NCBI RefSeq assembly: GCF_001194135.2
Contig: NC_068986.1
Span: 49,585,924 to 49,636,469, forward strand
Direction: 5' to 3'
From: Octopus bimaculoides
Taxonomy: Eukaryota
DNA length: 50,546 nt
Part shown: positions 1-12,382 of the stretch, piece after piece
How the letters are laid out: each line of letters opens with the position of its first letter
How positions within the stretch are numbered: the stretch's first letter is position 1
Notes under the pieces: generated by a model
Told to the model about the DNA's origin: nothing
Databases searched by the model: none
Seen by the model: only the letters and a program-made list of their open reading frames with translations
Made by a program: the position numbers and the translations under genes

Positions 1-20
1 ATATATATATATATATATAT

Positions 21-165
21 AGGATCAAGCATGGCTGTTTGGTACGAGGTTTGCTTCTCAACCACATGGTTCCGGATTCAGTTCCACTGCGTAGCACGTA
101 GGCCAAGAATCTTTTATTATAGCCTCGGACCGACCAGAGCTGAGATCGGACTTGGTACACGGAAA
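21..165 (+). mobile_element. SINE family A 5' fragment
   Basis: catggctgtttggt...accacatggttccggattcagttccactgcg matches the family A head. Confidence 0.7.
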
Positions 166-512
166 CTTAGACACACAACACACACTCATACATACACGCA
201 CACAATTATACTTACATGGACACACACACACACGCGCACATACAAGTACACACACGCACACACAGAGTAACGTACATTTAGTCCACAGACACAGCCCCAC
301 ACACAACCTCACGAATACACACACATACATACACACACATACTTCAAACTACCAGTTAAACACCTTTCTACTGACCATTCTCCTACACACATGCGTAGGG
401 AGACACACAACAGACAGCCACCCACTCCTACCAAAATTCTTACTATGAATTCTTCCTACGAACTTAAGCGACTCTAAGTCCAACCACACACACATACATA
501 AACAGCCACAAC

Positions 513-545
<33 letters not shown>

Positions 546-891
546 GCTATCATTGCACACACACACACACACAGACCTGCGCGCACGCACATACCCACAC
601 ATGCCTCCTTCTCCTTCTCCCACACAACANNNNNNNNNNNNNNNNNNNNNNNNNNNNNNNNNNNNNNNNNNNNNNNNNNNNNNNNNNNNNNNNNNNNNNN
701 NNNNNNNNNNNNNNNNNNNNNNNNNNNNNNNNNNNNNNNNNNNNNNNNNNNNNNNNNNNNNNNNNNNNNNNNNNNNNNNNNNNNNNNNNNNNNNNNNNNN
801 NNNNNNNNNNNNNNNNNNNNNNNNNNNNNNNNNNNNNNNNNNNNNNNNNNNNNNNNNNNNNNNNNNNNNNNNNNNNNNNNNNNNNNNNNNN

Positions 892-1207
892 TTCTACTAT
901 AGCCTCGGGCCGACCAAAGCCTTGTGTGTGGATTTGGTAGACGGAAACTGAAAGAAGCCCGTCGTATATATGTATATATATATATATGTATGTATGCGTG
1001 TATGTGTTTGTGTGTCTGTGTTTGTCCCCCCAACATGCTGGTGTGTTTACGTCCCCGTAACTTGGCGGTTCGGCAAAAGAGACCGATAGAATAAGTACTA
1101 GGCATCCAAAGAATAAGTCCTGGGGTCGATTTGCTCGATTAAAGGCGGTGCTCCAGCATGGCCACAGTCAAATGACTGAAACAGGTAAAAGAGTAAAGAG
1201 TAAAGAG
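892..1207 (+). mobile_element. SINE family A (5' end in gap)
   Basis: tctactatagcctcgggccgacc...gactgaaacaggtaaaagagtaaagag. Confidence 0.8.
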
Positions 1208-2849
1208 ATGGAAATTTTTTAAAAATTATTAAATAAAAATATTCATTAAGTTCAAGAACACTCGGATGTGAGAAGATCTATTGCTGCAAATATAGCTTTG
1301 AATAAAACAGCAAACGGTACATTTGTTGATGTGCGTAAAGCTTGGTCAAGCTAGAATTAAATAAGTCGCACAAATAAATTTTATTCAACGCTGCTTCGCA
1401 TAAGTTGTCCAAGCTGTACGCGGATCAGAAAACGTGACGTAGATATTGTAATAAGGATAAATTGTTCATATTGGGCTGTGAAAGGCTGATTTAGTGTTTG
1501 TAGCTGACGACGCAAAAGAATGCAGACATGCATGCATCCTATGATACAATGACGTCATTCACAGCACAAAGTATTTTGCCACACGTCGTCTGTGAGTAAA
1601 ATTTGCTTCCGGGAATGTTTCTGCAGCGAAAGACCTCAAGTCCGAGTGCACTAAATGTCTTAAATATAACTTTACACGAATATGTTTTATTCAACGTTGC
1701 CACACACGATTTTATTTATACACAAATGTAGCTTTTCCTGCTAATTATGAAAATCCTAACAGTTTTTGGGAGAAATTAATTACAAAAGAGTCACAGATCT
1801 TCAAAGATCGATCTCTCTGTTTTTTTTTTATGGCAATTTCAACTAGTCTAATGCTACCAATCTCGACATGCCGAAAGTGGGGACTGCCATGAATTCGTAG
1901 CAGCATATCGATACCAAAAAGCCTAATCCTCACACCACAGTTTTAAGTATACATGTACATAAAATCCGAGGAGGGAGATTTTTACATTGTGGTTACAAGT
2001 GTTAGAAATAGCAGCTAAATCTCTTAAAAACGAAAGGTGTTCGAGCGAATTACTAGAAATTTCACAGAAACATCCTTCAAATCACTGCTAGACGCGGTCT
2101 GGCCTGAAGTTATACAGCAACAACAAATTTACATCTGTGTAGAAATTTTCAAAACCAATTGCTGTGTCGAACCGAAAAGGTCCTTGATTTATGATCCTTT
2201 GTTAGCAACTATGTGAAACTAATTCCTTTTGAGATTAGCTCTTACCATCACTTTCCTTGTCTTCTTTGAAGGTCCTCTTCTGTAGATTTTTTCGCCCTGG
2301 ATCACTTGGAATTTCCTTTATTATTTTTCTTTTGCCTGTCTACAACCTGTGTTTTTGGAGTTTTAAGGTGGCTTTGTGCGTCATTTGGCGTCTATTTTCG
2401 TTTCCGATCCCTTATTATAATTACACACACACACACACACATCTGTGAGCAGAATTTACAATTACAGAACACTATCCAGTTTGTGTTACTGTTAGCTTCA
2501 AAACGCTAAAAGTGGTTCAGTGCTATGCTAACATTAACAGTGATATGGCTTGACGAGTTCTATAACAATATATAAGTGAGCCCTGTATTCATTATATCGA
2601 GTGTTCGTTGTTTTGGTATATGCAACTTGCTTGATCCTTATTACATACATGTAAATTTGCTACGAGGGAAAAGAACCTTACTCTCTGCGAAAAATGTCTC
2701 TAATGAAAAGTTAGTCTGAAACATTACAATTCTTCTCTCTCCCTCATGACCAACTAATTTATTCCAGTTTTTGTACTTATTATTTGCTGTAAGAGGTCAC
2801 CAATAGCTTCCGCCGATTCTGCTATTTCATTGTTACACAAAAGAAAGAC

Positions 2850-3230
2850 ACTTGTATAATGATGGGACATGTATCAGAGTACAGACAACGTAAGAATATT
2901 GACTTGTATGATGCTGGTCTTATATAACAGTAAAGACTATTTTTTTTTTAAAATGCAGTCATGAACAAATACAGGCAACTTGTATAATGCAGTCATATGA
3001 GATTAAACACAAGTATATCGCTGGGTTTTATATAACAGTACAACAAATTGCGTAACACTAGGCTTTATATAAGAGTACAGACAACTTGTATGATAGTGGA
3101 TCTTATACAAAAGTGCAGACAATTTATGTATTACTTTTTCAAGAGTACAGACAGCTTGTATAATGCAGTCGTATATAAGAGTGCAGGCTTGTATAACAGT
3201 GGGTAATATACAAGAGTACATATAACTTGC
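2850..3230. repeat. Degenerate minisatellite, about 36-37-bp unit
   Basis: Recurrent acttgtataatgcagtc..tatataagagtacagaca. Confidence 0.7.
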
Positions 3231-3233
3231 ATG

Positions 3234-3530
3234 GACCTCGGCGGAATTTGAACTCAGAACATAAAAACAGACGAAATACCTATTTCGTTATTGCCCACAA
3301 GGGGCTAAACATAGAGGGAACAAACAAGAACAGACGAACGGATTAAGTCGATTACATCGACCCCAGTGCGTAACTGGTACTTAATTTATCGACCCCGAAA
3401 GGATGAAAGGCAAAGTCGACCTCGGCGGAATTTGAACTCAGGACGTAACGGCAGACGAAATACCGCTAAGCATTTCGCCCGGCGTGCTAACGATTCTGAC
3501 AGCTCGCCGCTAACGTTTCTTCCAACTCAA
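3234..3530 (-). mobile_element. tRNA-derived SINE with Nin/Deu-like central domain (family C): one full copy plus one fragment
   Basis: Minus strand has A box gagctgtcagaatcgttag, B box gagttcaaattcc, then gactttgcctttcatcctttcggggtcgataaattaagtaccag (Nin-domain-like). Confidence 0.8.
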
Positions 3531-3640
3531 GAGCGTTACAATATTACATTATCCAATATGTTTTGCAATGCTTTTAAATATGGTAGGATATGATCTGAGG
3601 GAGATTTGACTGCTATTCCTGCAGGCCTAGTAGTAATCAT

Positions 3641-4269
3641 CCTTTATTTGTTTTAGCTATTGAACTGCGGCCATGCCTTGAAGGGTTTTAGTCAAATAAA
3701 CCAACCCCAATATTTATTTTTAAGTCTGGCACTTATTCTATTAATCTCTTCTGCTGAACTGCTAAGTTACGGAGATGTCAAGAGGTAGTGGGACACACAC
3801 ATATCCTTCAGTTTCCGTCAATCTAGTTCAAGTAGAAGACACTTGTCCAACGTAGAGGAACCGAACCCGAAACCACGTGGTTGCAAGTTTCTCTCCTTAG
3901 CTTGTAAATATGACAGCTAGTAAAGTAAGCAGGCATAGCTGTGTAGTAAGTAGCTTGCTTACCAATCACATGGTTCCGGGTTCAGTCCCACTGCGTTGCA
4001 CCTTGGGCAACTGTCTTCTACTATAGCCTTGTGAGTGGATTTGGTAGACGGAAACTGAAAGAAGCCCAACGGGTATATATATATGTATGTATGTGTGTAT
4101 ATGTTTGTCCCCCTGCCATTGCTTGATAACCAATGTTGGTGTCTTTACGTCCCCGCAACTTAACGGTTTGGCAAAAGCGACCGATAGAATAAGTACTAGG
4201 CTTACAAAGAATAAGTTCTGGGGTCGATTTCTTCGACTAAAGGCGGTGCTCCTGCATGGCCGAAATCAA
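3641..4269. mobile_element. Two SINE family A copies: degenerate minus (about 3641-3890) and plus (about 3929-4269)
   Basis: Similarity to the family A consensus in opposite orientations. Confidence 0.7.
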
Positions 4270-5146
4270 NNNNNNNNNNNNNNNNNNNNNNNNNNNNNNN
4301 NNNNNNNNNNNNNNNNNNNNNNNNNNNNNNNNNNNNNNNNNNNNNNNNNNNNNNNNNNNNNNNNNNNNNNNNNNNNNNNNNNNNNNNNNNNNNNNNNNNN
4401 NNNNNNNNNNNNNNNNNNNNNNNNNNNNNNNNNNNNNNNNNNNNNNNNNNNNNNNNNNNNNNNNNNNNNNNNNNNNNNNNNNNNNNNNNNNNNNNNNNNN
4501 NNNNNNNNNNNNNNNNNNNNNNNNNNNNNNNNNNNNNNNNNNNNNNNNNNNNNNNNNNNNNNNNNNNNNNNNNNNNNNNNNNNNNNNNNNNNNNNNNNNN
4601 NNNNNNNNNNNNNNNNNNNNNNNNNNNNNNNNNNNNNNNNNNNNNNNNNNNNNNNNNNNNNNNNNNNNNNNNNNNNNNNNNNNNNNNNNNNNNNNNNNNN
4701 NNNNNNNNNNNNNNNNNNNNNNNNNNNNNNNNNNNNNNNNNNNNNNNNNNNNNNNNNNNNNNNNNNNNNNNNNNNNNNNNNNNNNNNNNNNNNNNNNNNN
4801 NNNNNNNNNNNNNNNNNNNNNNNNNNNNNNNNNNNNNNNNNNNNNNNNNNNNNNNNNNNNNNNNNNNNNNNNNNNNNNNNNNNNNNNNNNNNNNNNNNNN
4901 NNNNNNNNNNNNNNNNNNNNNNNNNNNNNNNNNNNNNNNNNNNNNNNNNNNNNNNNNNNNNNNNNNNNNNNNNNNNNNNNNNNNNNNNNNNNNNNNNNNN
5001 NNNNNNNNNNNNNNNNNNNNNNNNNNNNNNNNNNNNNNNNNNNNNNNNNNNNNNNNNNNNNNNNNNNNNNNNNNNNNNNNNNNNNNNNNNNNNNNNNNNN
5101 NNNNNNNNNNNNNNNNNNNNNNNNNNNNNNNNNNNNNNNNNNNNNN
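4270..5146. other. Assembly gap (others: 630-891, 26160-26169, 30350-31017, 39285-39870, 40599-40683, 44831-44937, 46598-47078, 48334-48856)
   Basis: Runs of N. Confidence 1.
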
Positions 5147-5595
5147 GCCTCGACCTCAATAGGATGAAAGGCAAAGTCGATCTCGGCGGAATTTGAACTA
5201 GGAAGGTAAAACCGGAAGTAATGCTGCTAAGCATATTGTTCGACGTGCTAACTATTCTGCCAATTCACCACCTTAATAATAATGGTTTCAAATTTTGACA
5301 CAAGGCCAGCAGTTTTAAGGGAGGAGTAAGTCGATTACAACGACTCCAGTGTTCAATGTAGAATTTGAACTCAGAACGTAGCGACAGACAAAATACCGCT
5401 AAGCATTTCGCCCGGCGTGCTAACGATTCTGCCATCTCGCCACCTTAATGATAATAAAGTACTGTCTGTTTGAGGTCCCTATTGTGACTTGACAAACAGT
5501 ACAAACTCCCGGTAGACACAATATCTTCAATCAACAACCTCACAATATTGTATACTGTGCGACGTTTATATGATGATGATAATAATAATAAATAC

Positions 5596-6110
5596 CCTGA
5601 TGCAGTACCAGGCAGTGGCTCTCATGGCTTCTCATAACTGATTGGAAGTGCCTTCATGTACATTGTTTCGTCTTGGTATAAAAGATGGGCTACAGCAAAT
5701 AATCTGCTCAATACCACAGATTTGCTTGACCTTAACCAGTTGAGCATGTCCCTTAGTGGCTGACGATATGTGCATCTCCGATCACGAGCAGAAGTAGTGG
5801 GGGAACATCATAGCCATGTGTTGAGAGGAATTCCTTGGGGTTTGAATAATTCACCTCTGGAAACATGGGTGTTTTGCTCATCAACCTTAAACAACCCTTA
5901 TTCAGGGACCTTTTGAGCAGGATGAGCTACTTAACCTGAAGAAAATTCTAACTGGGCTCCACCTGCAAGGTCATGCGCTGCTTATCTTGATATATCACTA
6001 TGTCGCACACATATCGTTGTGATGCATGTGCCTGGTGTACTCTTATATTGGGCTTCGTATATTTTACTCCTAGTTACTTTGATGGCATGTACTGCTTTCT
6101 CACTCAATAA
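5596..6110. repeat. Unclassified interspersed repeat embedded in (AAT)n; partial second copy at 11785-11965
   Basis: tctgctcaataccacagatttgcttg...gcatgtccct...catcata.ccat is shared between about 5700-5850 and 11785-11965. It is flanked by AAT repeats at both ends. Confidence 0.6.
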
Positions 6111-7094
6111 TAATAATAACGAGGACGATTTATGATTTAAGCACAAGCCAGCGATTTCGAGGGAAGAGGATAAGTTGAAAGCATTGACCTCAGCACTTGG
6201 CTGGCACATTGTTTTAACGACCCTTAACGGTTTAAAAGCGAAGTTGACTTCGGTTGAATTTGAACGTAAAGACCTGGAACAAATACAGTAAAGCATTTCT
6301 ACGATCATAAGAATTCACTTACAACAATAATAATCAATTCAAATTTTAGTGCAAGGCTAGCAATTTTGAGGTAAAGGGAAAATCGACTTTATTATCTTCA
6401 GTGTTCAACTGGCACATATTTAATCGCCCCTGAAAAGATGACCCCCAAAGCAGATCTCAGAGGAATTTCAACTCAGAATGTAAAGGGCCGGAACAAATGT
6501 TGCTAAGCCTTTTGTCCGGCGTGCTAACAATTTCGCCTGCTTTCACCTTAATAATAATAATAATAATAATTCTTTCAAATTTTAGTACAAGGCGAATAAT
6601 TTTGATGAGGAGTGTAGAGTTGATTGCATCGACGCGTGCTCAACTGGTACCTGTTTTATCGACCCTGAATGGATGAAAGGCAAAGTAAACCTCGCTAGCC
6701 ATTCGAACTCAGAACGTTAAGAGCCGGAAGAAATACCGGTAAGCTTTTTTGTCTGACGTACTTACGTTTCTGCTAGCCAGCTGCCTTAATAATAATGATA
6801 ATAATAATAATAATTAATTCTGCTTTATTGGCCACAAGGACTAATATAAATCAATAATAATCCTTTCTACAGCCTGAAATTTTAGGAGGTGGGAAAGTCG
6901 ACCTCAGTGTTTCACTGGTACTAAATTTATCGACGCCGAAAGGATGAAAGGCAAACTCAGCCTCGGCGAAATTTGAACTTAGAACGTAGCGATGGGCGAA
7001 ATAGTGCTTAGCATTTCGACCAGCGTGCTAACGATTCTGCCAGCTCACCGCCTTAATAATAATAATAATAGCAGTAGCAGCAACAGCTCAAGAT

Positions 7095-7920
7095 TAGAGC
7101 TTATTAACCCGGAACTATCAAGCCGATGTGATGAAAAATGGTGTAGACCTAAAGTGCCGATGCTGCAACGATGAGATTGAAACAGTCGACCACCTAATCT
7201 CTGTGTGTAAAGTTCTAGCACCTATAAAGTATAAATCAAGACATGACAGAGTTGACCAATATCTACACTGGTTACTATGTCGGCATTATAAAATTCAAAC
7301 TGCTGACAAATGGTATTAACACCACCCTGAGGCTGTAACTCAGGGAGAAAATGTAACGATTCTTTGGGACTTTCCAATACATACAGAACGGACCATCAAA
7401 GCTAATAAACCAGATATTGTTGTGGAAGACCAAAACAATAAAATCTGTTTATTGACTGACATGAGTATACCTTGCGATCATAATATCTTGGCAAAAGAAT
7501 TTGATAAACTCAGAAAATATAAAGATTTGCTGAGTGAAATGGAAAAAATGTGACAATACCAGTGATTGTAGGAGCGCTTGGAATGATCAAAAAAAGAACT
7601 GAAAATTATTTGAGGATGATCCCTGGCTTATCATCCATGCAAGAAGGGCAAAAGATTGTTTTAACTGGTACATCACATGTATTGAGTACTGTCGCTGTGA
7701 ATTTTACTTCATTTTCTTTGTTTTATTTTTTTCAGCTTTCCTTTTTCAAAAGACAATTTTTCTTTTCTTCCTTCTACTTTTTTCTATCACGTGACTTTGT
7801 AAATGAACAATCTGGTGTGTTTATTTTAATGGCCTACCAATGTATACAGTGAGTATTCTTTGCTCTATGTGTCAGGAATACACTTGGCAAGAAATAGAAG
7901 TAAAACTGAAAGAAGATAAT
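7095..7920 (+). mobile_element. R4/Dong-type non-LTR retrotransposon, 5'-truncated (CCHC knuckle + REL endonuclease + 3' end), decayed
   Basis: Translation across stops and frameshifts gives KCRCCNDEIETVDHLISVC (CCHC), RHD, ILWDFPIHTERTIKANKPDIVV..D (PD..D REL motif) and IPVIVGALG. It is flanked by (AAT)n on both sides. Confidence 0.85.
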
Positions 7921-8384
7921 AATAATAATAATAATAATCCTTTCTACTATAAGCACAAAGCCTGAAATTTGGTGGGAGGGGATGAGTCGATTACATCGAA
8001 CCCACTGTTTCACTGGTACTTATTTTATCGACCCCGAAAGGATGAAAGGTAAAGTCGACCTCGGCGGAACTTGAACTCAGAACGTAAAGACGGGACGAAA
8101 TGCTCCAAAGCATTTTGCCGGGCGTGCTAACGATTCTGCCAGCTTGCCACGTTAATAACAATAATCCTTTCTACTATAGGCACAAGGCCTGAATTTTTGT
8201 AGAGAGAAAAGGACAATCGATCACATCGACCCCAGTACTTGACTGGTACTTAAGTTATCGACCCCCGAAAGGATGAAAAGCAAAGTCGACCTCGGTGGAA
8301 TTTGAACTCAGAACGTAGCGACAGACGAAATACCGCTAAGCATTTCGTTCGGCGTGCTAACGATTTTGCCAGCTCGCATTCTTC

Positions 8385-8422
<38 letters not shown>

Positions 8423-9313
8423 CGATGATGACATGATACCATATTCATGGATCATTGAATGTTTGAGGTTGCAAAAAATGTCAAAAATCTTTTGAGAAAA
8501 AGCATGCAAAATTGGAAGGTTGAGCTCACAACTTATAGACAGAACTTAAGAACGTTAAGAATGAAAAGAGGGATTTTTCAAGGAAGCAGCATATCTCCTT
8601 TACTACTTGTTTTATGCATGATTCCGTTAACATTGCTACTAAGAAACGTAGCATCCGGATAGGAAAGCAGCAAAAGATCGACCATCTATTATTTATAGAT
8701 GACTTCAAGCTGCATGGTGAGGACGAAGCTCGAATCAGTTCTTTAGTGAACACAATTCATCGCTTTAGCAAGGACGTCAAAATGGAATTCGTCACTACAA
8801 AAAAATGTGGAGTAATATTCATGACGAAAATGAAAGTCAACAGAATTGAAGGTATAGAATTATCATTAACGGAAGTCATACAAAAGATTGGTAACACTAG
8901 GACTGGAGGTGAATGAAATGACAGAAGCAGAAATGAAGAAAAGTTTTCCGCAAGAGTACCCCGGAAGATATAGTGCAGTGGTCAAAATTGAATAGAAGAA
9001 ATGTTTCAAACAATCAGTACATGGGCAATTGCATTATTGGGGTATGGTACAGATATTAACAATTGGAGCAAAGAGGAGTTAGAGAGGCTGGACAGAAAAA
9101 TTAAGAAAACTATTCACACTGCAGGGAGCACTGTATCACAAGCGCAATATAGACAGGCTGTGACTAACTAGGTACAGCGGTAGGCGATGGCTAATCTGCT
9201 GTAAAAGTTTTTATGCTCAGAAGAAAATAGGTGGTAGTGGGGGTGTATCAAGAGAGCTCTGAAACCTTTGTTGTTATAGGTCAGAGCAGATACTTATGTG
9301 GAAGCGGAGGAGT

Positions 9314-9685
9314 TGCTGGCACTCCGTCGCTTACGACGTCGAGGGTTCCAGTCGATCCGATCAACGGAACAGCCTGCTCGTGAAATTAACGTGCAAGTGG
9401 CTGAGCACTCCACATACACGTGTACCCTTAATGTAGTTCTCGGGGGTTTTCAGCGTGACAAGGCTGACCCTTTGAATTACAGGCACAACAGAAACAGGAA
9501 GTAAGAGTGAGAGAAAATTGTGGTGGAAGAGTACAGCAGAGTTCGCCACCATCCCCTGACGGAGCCTCGTGGAGCTTTAGGTGTTTTCGCTCAATAAACA
9601 CTCACAACGCCCGGTCTGGGAATCGAAACTGCGATCCTATGACCGCGAGTCCGCTGCCATAACCACTGGGCCATTGCACCTCCAC
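9314..9685 (-). mobile_element. Full-length tRNA-derived SINE (family B) with 15-bp target-site duplication
   Basis: Head GTGGAGGTGCAATGGCCCAGTGGTT (A box) ... GTTTCGATTCC (B box); 3' hairpin cgtcg-taag-cgacg. The TSD tggaagcggaggagt (9299-9313) / tggaggcggaggagt (9686-9700) matches 14/15. Confidence 0.85.
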
Positions 9686-10315
9686 TGGAGGCGGAGGAGT
9701 ACAAAGAAAACATAGAGCAAGGAAGACGAAAGAAAAGAAAATGGAACAAATGACGAAAGGGCAGTTTGTGAGAGAGGTGAGCAAGAATACAGATGCTGAT
9801 GGAAGGTGGCACTGGCTAAAGACGAATGACTTAAAGCCAGAGACAGAAGCGCTTACCTGTGCTGTGCAGGGTTTGTAGCGATAAAGGTGAGACTGTATAG
9901 CATATTGTGTATGAATGCATGAAACTGGCCCCAAAAGGAATACAAAAGACGAAATAATGTTGCAAGAATGATTCATTGGGAGATACTTGGCAAGTGTGGA
10001 TTGGAGAGAGCAAAAACATGGCATGGAGAAAACTCAGCAGTAATTGAGAATGACAAGGTAAAGATAGTGCGGGGTGTAATAATCCAATGTGACCATGAAA
10101 TTGAACACTAGAAAACTGGATATAGTGGTTGTGAATAAAGAGGAAAAACCCTGTGTAATCATAGGTATTGCATGCCCTGGTGATTACAGAGTATCAGAAA
10201 GAGGAGAGAAACATCAGATATGATGATTTGAAGTGGTTATTAAAGGTAAGTCGTACCTGTTGGAGCATTGGGAACCGAAAGTATGAAACAAATTAGATTG
10301 AATTGAAATTATAGG

Positions 10316-10612
10316 ATTGCCTCATCACCGTAGGCTTGCCGAAGCATGCTTAATGTCTCTGTAATAGACTTCCAAAGTTAACAGCAAAATTTCACTGTGG
10401 CTCTTTGTTCCAACTTCTTGTCCATAAAAAGAATCGCAGACAACATACACGTGATCACAAAAACACAAATTGCAAAGTAAACACAACGATGTCAATCAGG
10501 AAACACTGCCTCGTGAAGGTCACTGTTAGTTCTCATTGTGCACGCAACCGTGTGCTGCCATCTGTTAGCGCGCTACAGAACTAGTCCGGGAACTTTTTGT
10601 TACCACCTCGTA
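10316..10612 (-). mobile_element. Mariner transposon 5' fragment (one TIR + transposase N-terminus)
   Basis: Minus strand reads TA-CGAGGTGGTAACAAAAAGTTCCCGGACT (mariner-type TIR, TA target). From ATG at 10425 it translates MDKKLEQRATVKFCC*LWKSITETLSMLRQAYGDEA, a typical mariner transposase N-terminus. The right end is missing. Confidence 0.85.
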
Positions 10613-10789
10613 AATGTGAAGGTTGAACATCTACAGAAAATAGTGCTGCTTGAAACTGCACGAATCCTTTGCAAACTTCTTGAAATCTGAATGAAGAGTA
10701 TTACCTGAGTGCACTGGTTGTGGACAGCTGACACTTTGTGGCATTCCCTGGTGAAGGTGGTATGTTAAACAAGAACAACAACAGTAATA

Positions 10790-10992
10790 ATGGTTTCAAA
10801 TTTTGGCACAAGGCCAGCAATTTCGAGGGAGGAGATAAGTCGATTACATCGACCCCAATACTCATCAGGTACTTATTTTATTGACCCCAAAAGGATGAAA
10901 GGCAAAGTTAACTCTGGCAGCATTTGAACTCAGAACATAAGGTTCTGAGAAGAAATTCCACTAAGCATCGACTTTGCCAGCTTGCCACCTCA
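10790..10992 (-). mobile_element. SINE family C
   Basis: Same motif, flanked by AAT repeats. Confidence 0.8.
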
Positions 10993-12164
10993 TTATTAAT
11001 AATAATAATAATTAATAATAATAATTAAAAGAAGGCAACTTTTTATCTGATAATTTTATTTGAGAAGGGGTTCTTTTCATTTTTTTTTTCCTTTAAAATT
11101 GTTTTTTTTAATTTATATTTTTTCAGACCCGTAAAATAATTAAACAAAATAGTTAGAAAAAAATATAAATAAAAAAAAAAAAACAACGGGAGTAGAAATT
11201 CCTCAGTGAAATTCAGATTGTGGTTAATCTCCAGTGGGCATGGATGGTTGTGGGGGTGAAAAAAGTCTGACGAGATGAAAGACATATCCATCTTCTCGGT
11301 TACATAAAATCCACACCAACAGCTGTACACAACAAAACAGTAGCTTCAGAAATTGTTGTCTTTTGGGCCAGATGAGAAAGGGGTCAGGGTTTTTTTTTTT
11401 TTTTTTTTGTCATTGTTGTGATCAAATAGATGTTTCATCCACTTGTGTTATATTCTCTGGCCAGAATGTGTTGTTACACCTATTGTCAATTTAAGTCATC
11501 CATATCATATTTCAAGTTACTTCAAGTAGCTAATAACGCACAATGTAATTTTTTTTTTTTTTGCTTTTGGTCAGTAAGTGTTATTTCCTATTTGTTTCTA
11601 TCTAGAAATCACAGGAAATGACTACTATTCCCTTCAAACTTTGCTTTTGTGACCTGGGCATCAATATTTTCAAACTGACCTATTTTCCATTACATTTCAG
11701 ATAGATTCAGTGCTGAATCAGAAATATCCTTATGGCCTTATTTCTGAAACAGGGTTGTTAAGGTTGGGCTGAGGATTCAAATATATCCTTATAGCAAATA
11801 TTCTGCTCAATACCACAGATTTGCTTGTCAGTTGCTTGACCCTAACCACTTCAGCATGTCCCTGAGTAGTTGACAATATGTACATCTCTGATCATGAACA
11901 CGAGTAGTCGGGGAGCATCATAACCATATGCTGAGAGGGATTCTTTGGGGGGTTTCGATAATTGTAACATAAGCAAAACTTGAAGGAAATATTAGCCATT
12001 TTCCATACTTTCTAGGTGGTAAGCAAACAGGAAATAACAGTTGCTAACCAAGGAAAAGAAAATCATGTTACAAAGTGATAATCAAACATCCAGTGATTAC
12101 TAAGATGTCTCAAAACAGTTAAGCAAACACAGATGTGTGTCAAGCTTGAGCAAGACTTTCACCT

Positions 12165-12382
12165 TTCAAAATTCCATTCAGTTTACTCTGTCAAATGTAA
12201 GGCTTATCGATTCACACTGTATTGAATTAATCATGCATATCTTGTAGCTTTGAGATTTTGATGATGTAGACTGTTTATTAGGTGACATTGCAGTGTATGT
12301 CCAAGAGGTTGGATCTGGCCAGTTTGAATACAAAACATGTGGTATATTTGGGTTGAATAAGAGTAGTTTAAATGCTGAAGGG
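12165..12382. mobile_element. piggyBac-type MITE, degenerate
   Basis: Internal gaattaatcatgca...ggatctggccagtttgaa...tttaaatgctgaaggg. Confidence 0.65.

Larger units (their letters stand above)
5147..8385 (-). mobile_element. Cluster of about 8 family C SINE copies separated by (AAT)n tracts
   Basis: Repeated plus-strand motif ...aaaggatgaaaggcaaagtcgacctcggcggaatttgaactcagaacg...ccttaataataat at about 5147, 5280, 6122, 6335, 6580, 6858, 7937 and 8165. Confidence 0.85.
8420..10790 (+). mobile_element. R4/Dong-type non-LTR retrotransposon fragment (RT to C-terminus), interrupted by a SINE and a mariner fragment
   Basis: RT motifs RGIFQGSSISPLL and KIDHLLFIDDFKL (YMDD-like); WLKTNDLKPETEALTCAVQ; decayed REL region; C-terminus EHLQKIVLLETARILCKLLEI*. 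It begins right after (AAT)n at about 8390-8420 and ends at aacaacaacagtaataat. Confidence 0.85.

Noticed and set aside
4087-5234. Long ORFs over N runs (also 30163-31047, 39243-40104, 46298-47182, 48320-48901)
   Set aside because: Artefacts of translating assembly gaps.
11043-11330. 95-aa minus-strand ORF as an extra last exon of the ZNF gene
   Set aside because: It has a GTG start, degrades into poly-T/poly-A translation, and the main ORF already has its own stop; it reads more like UTR.
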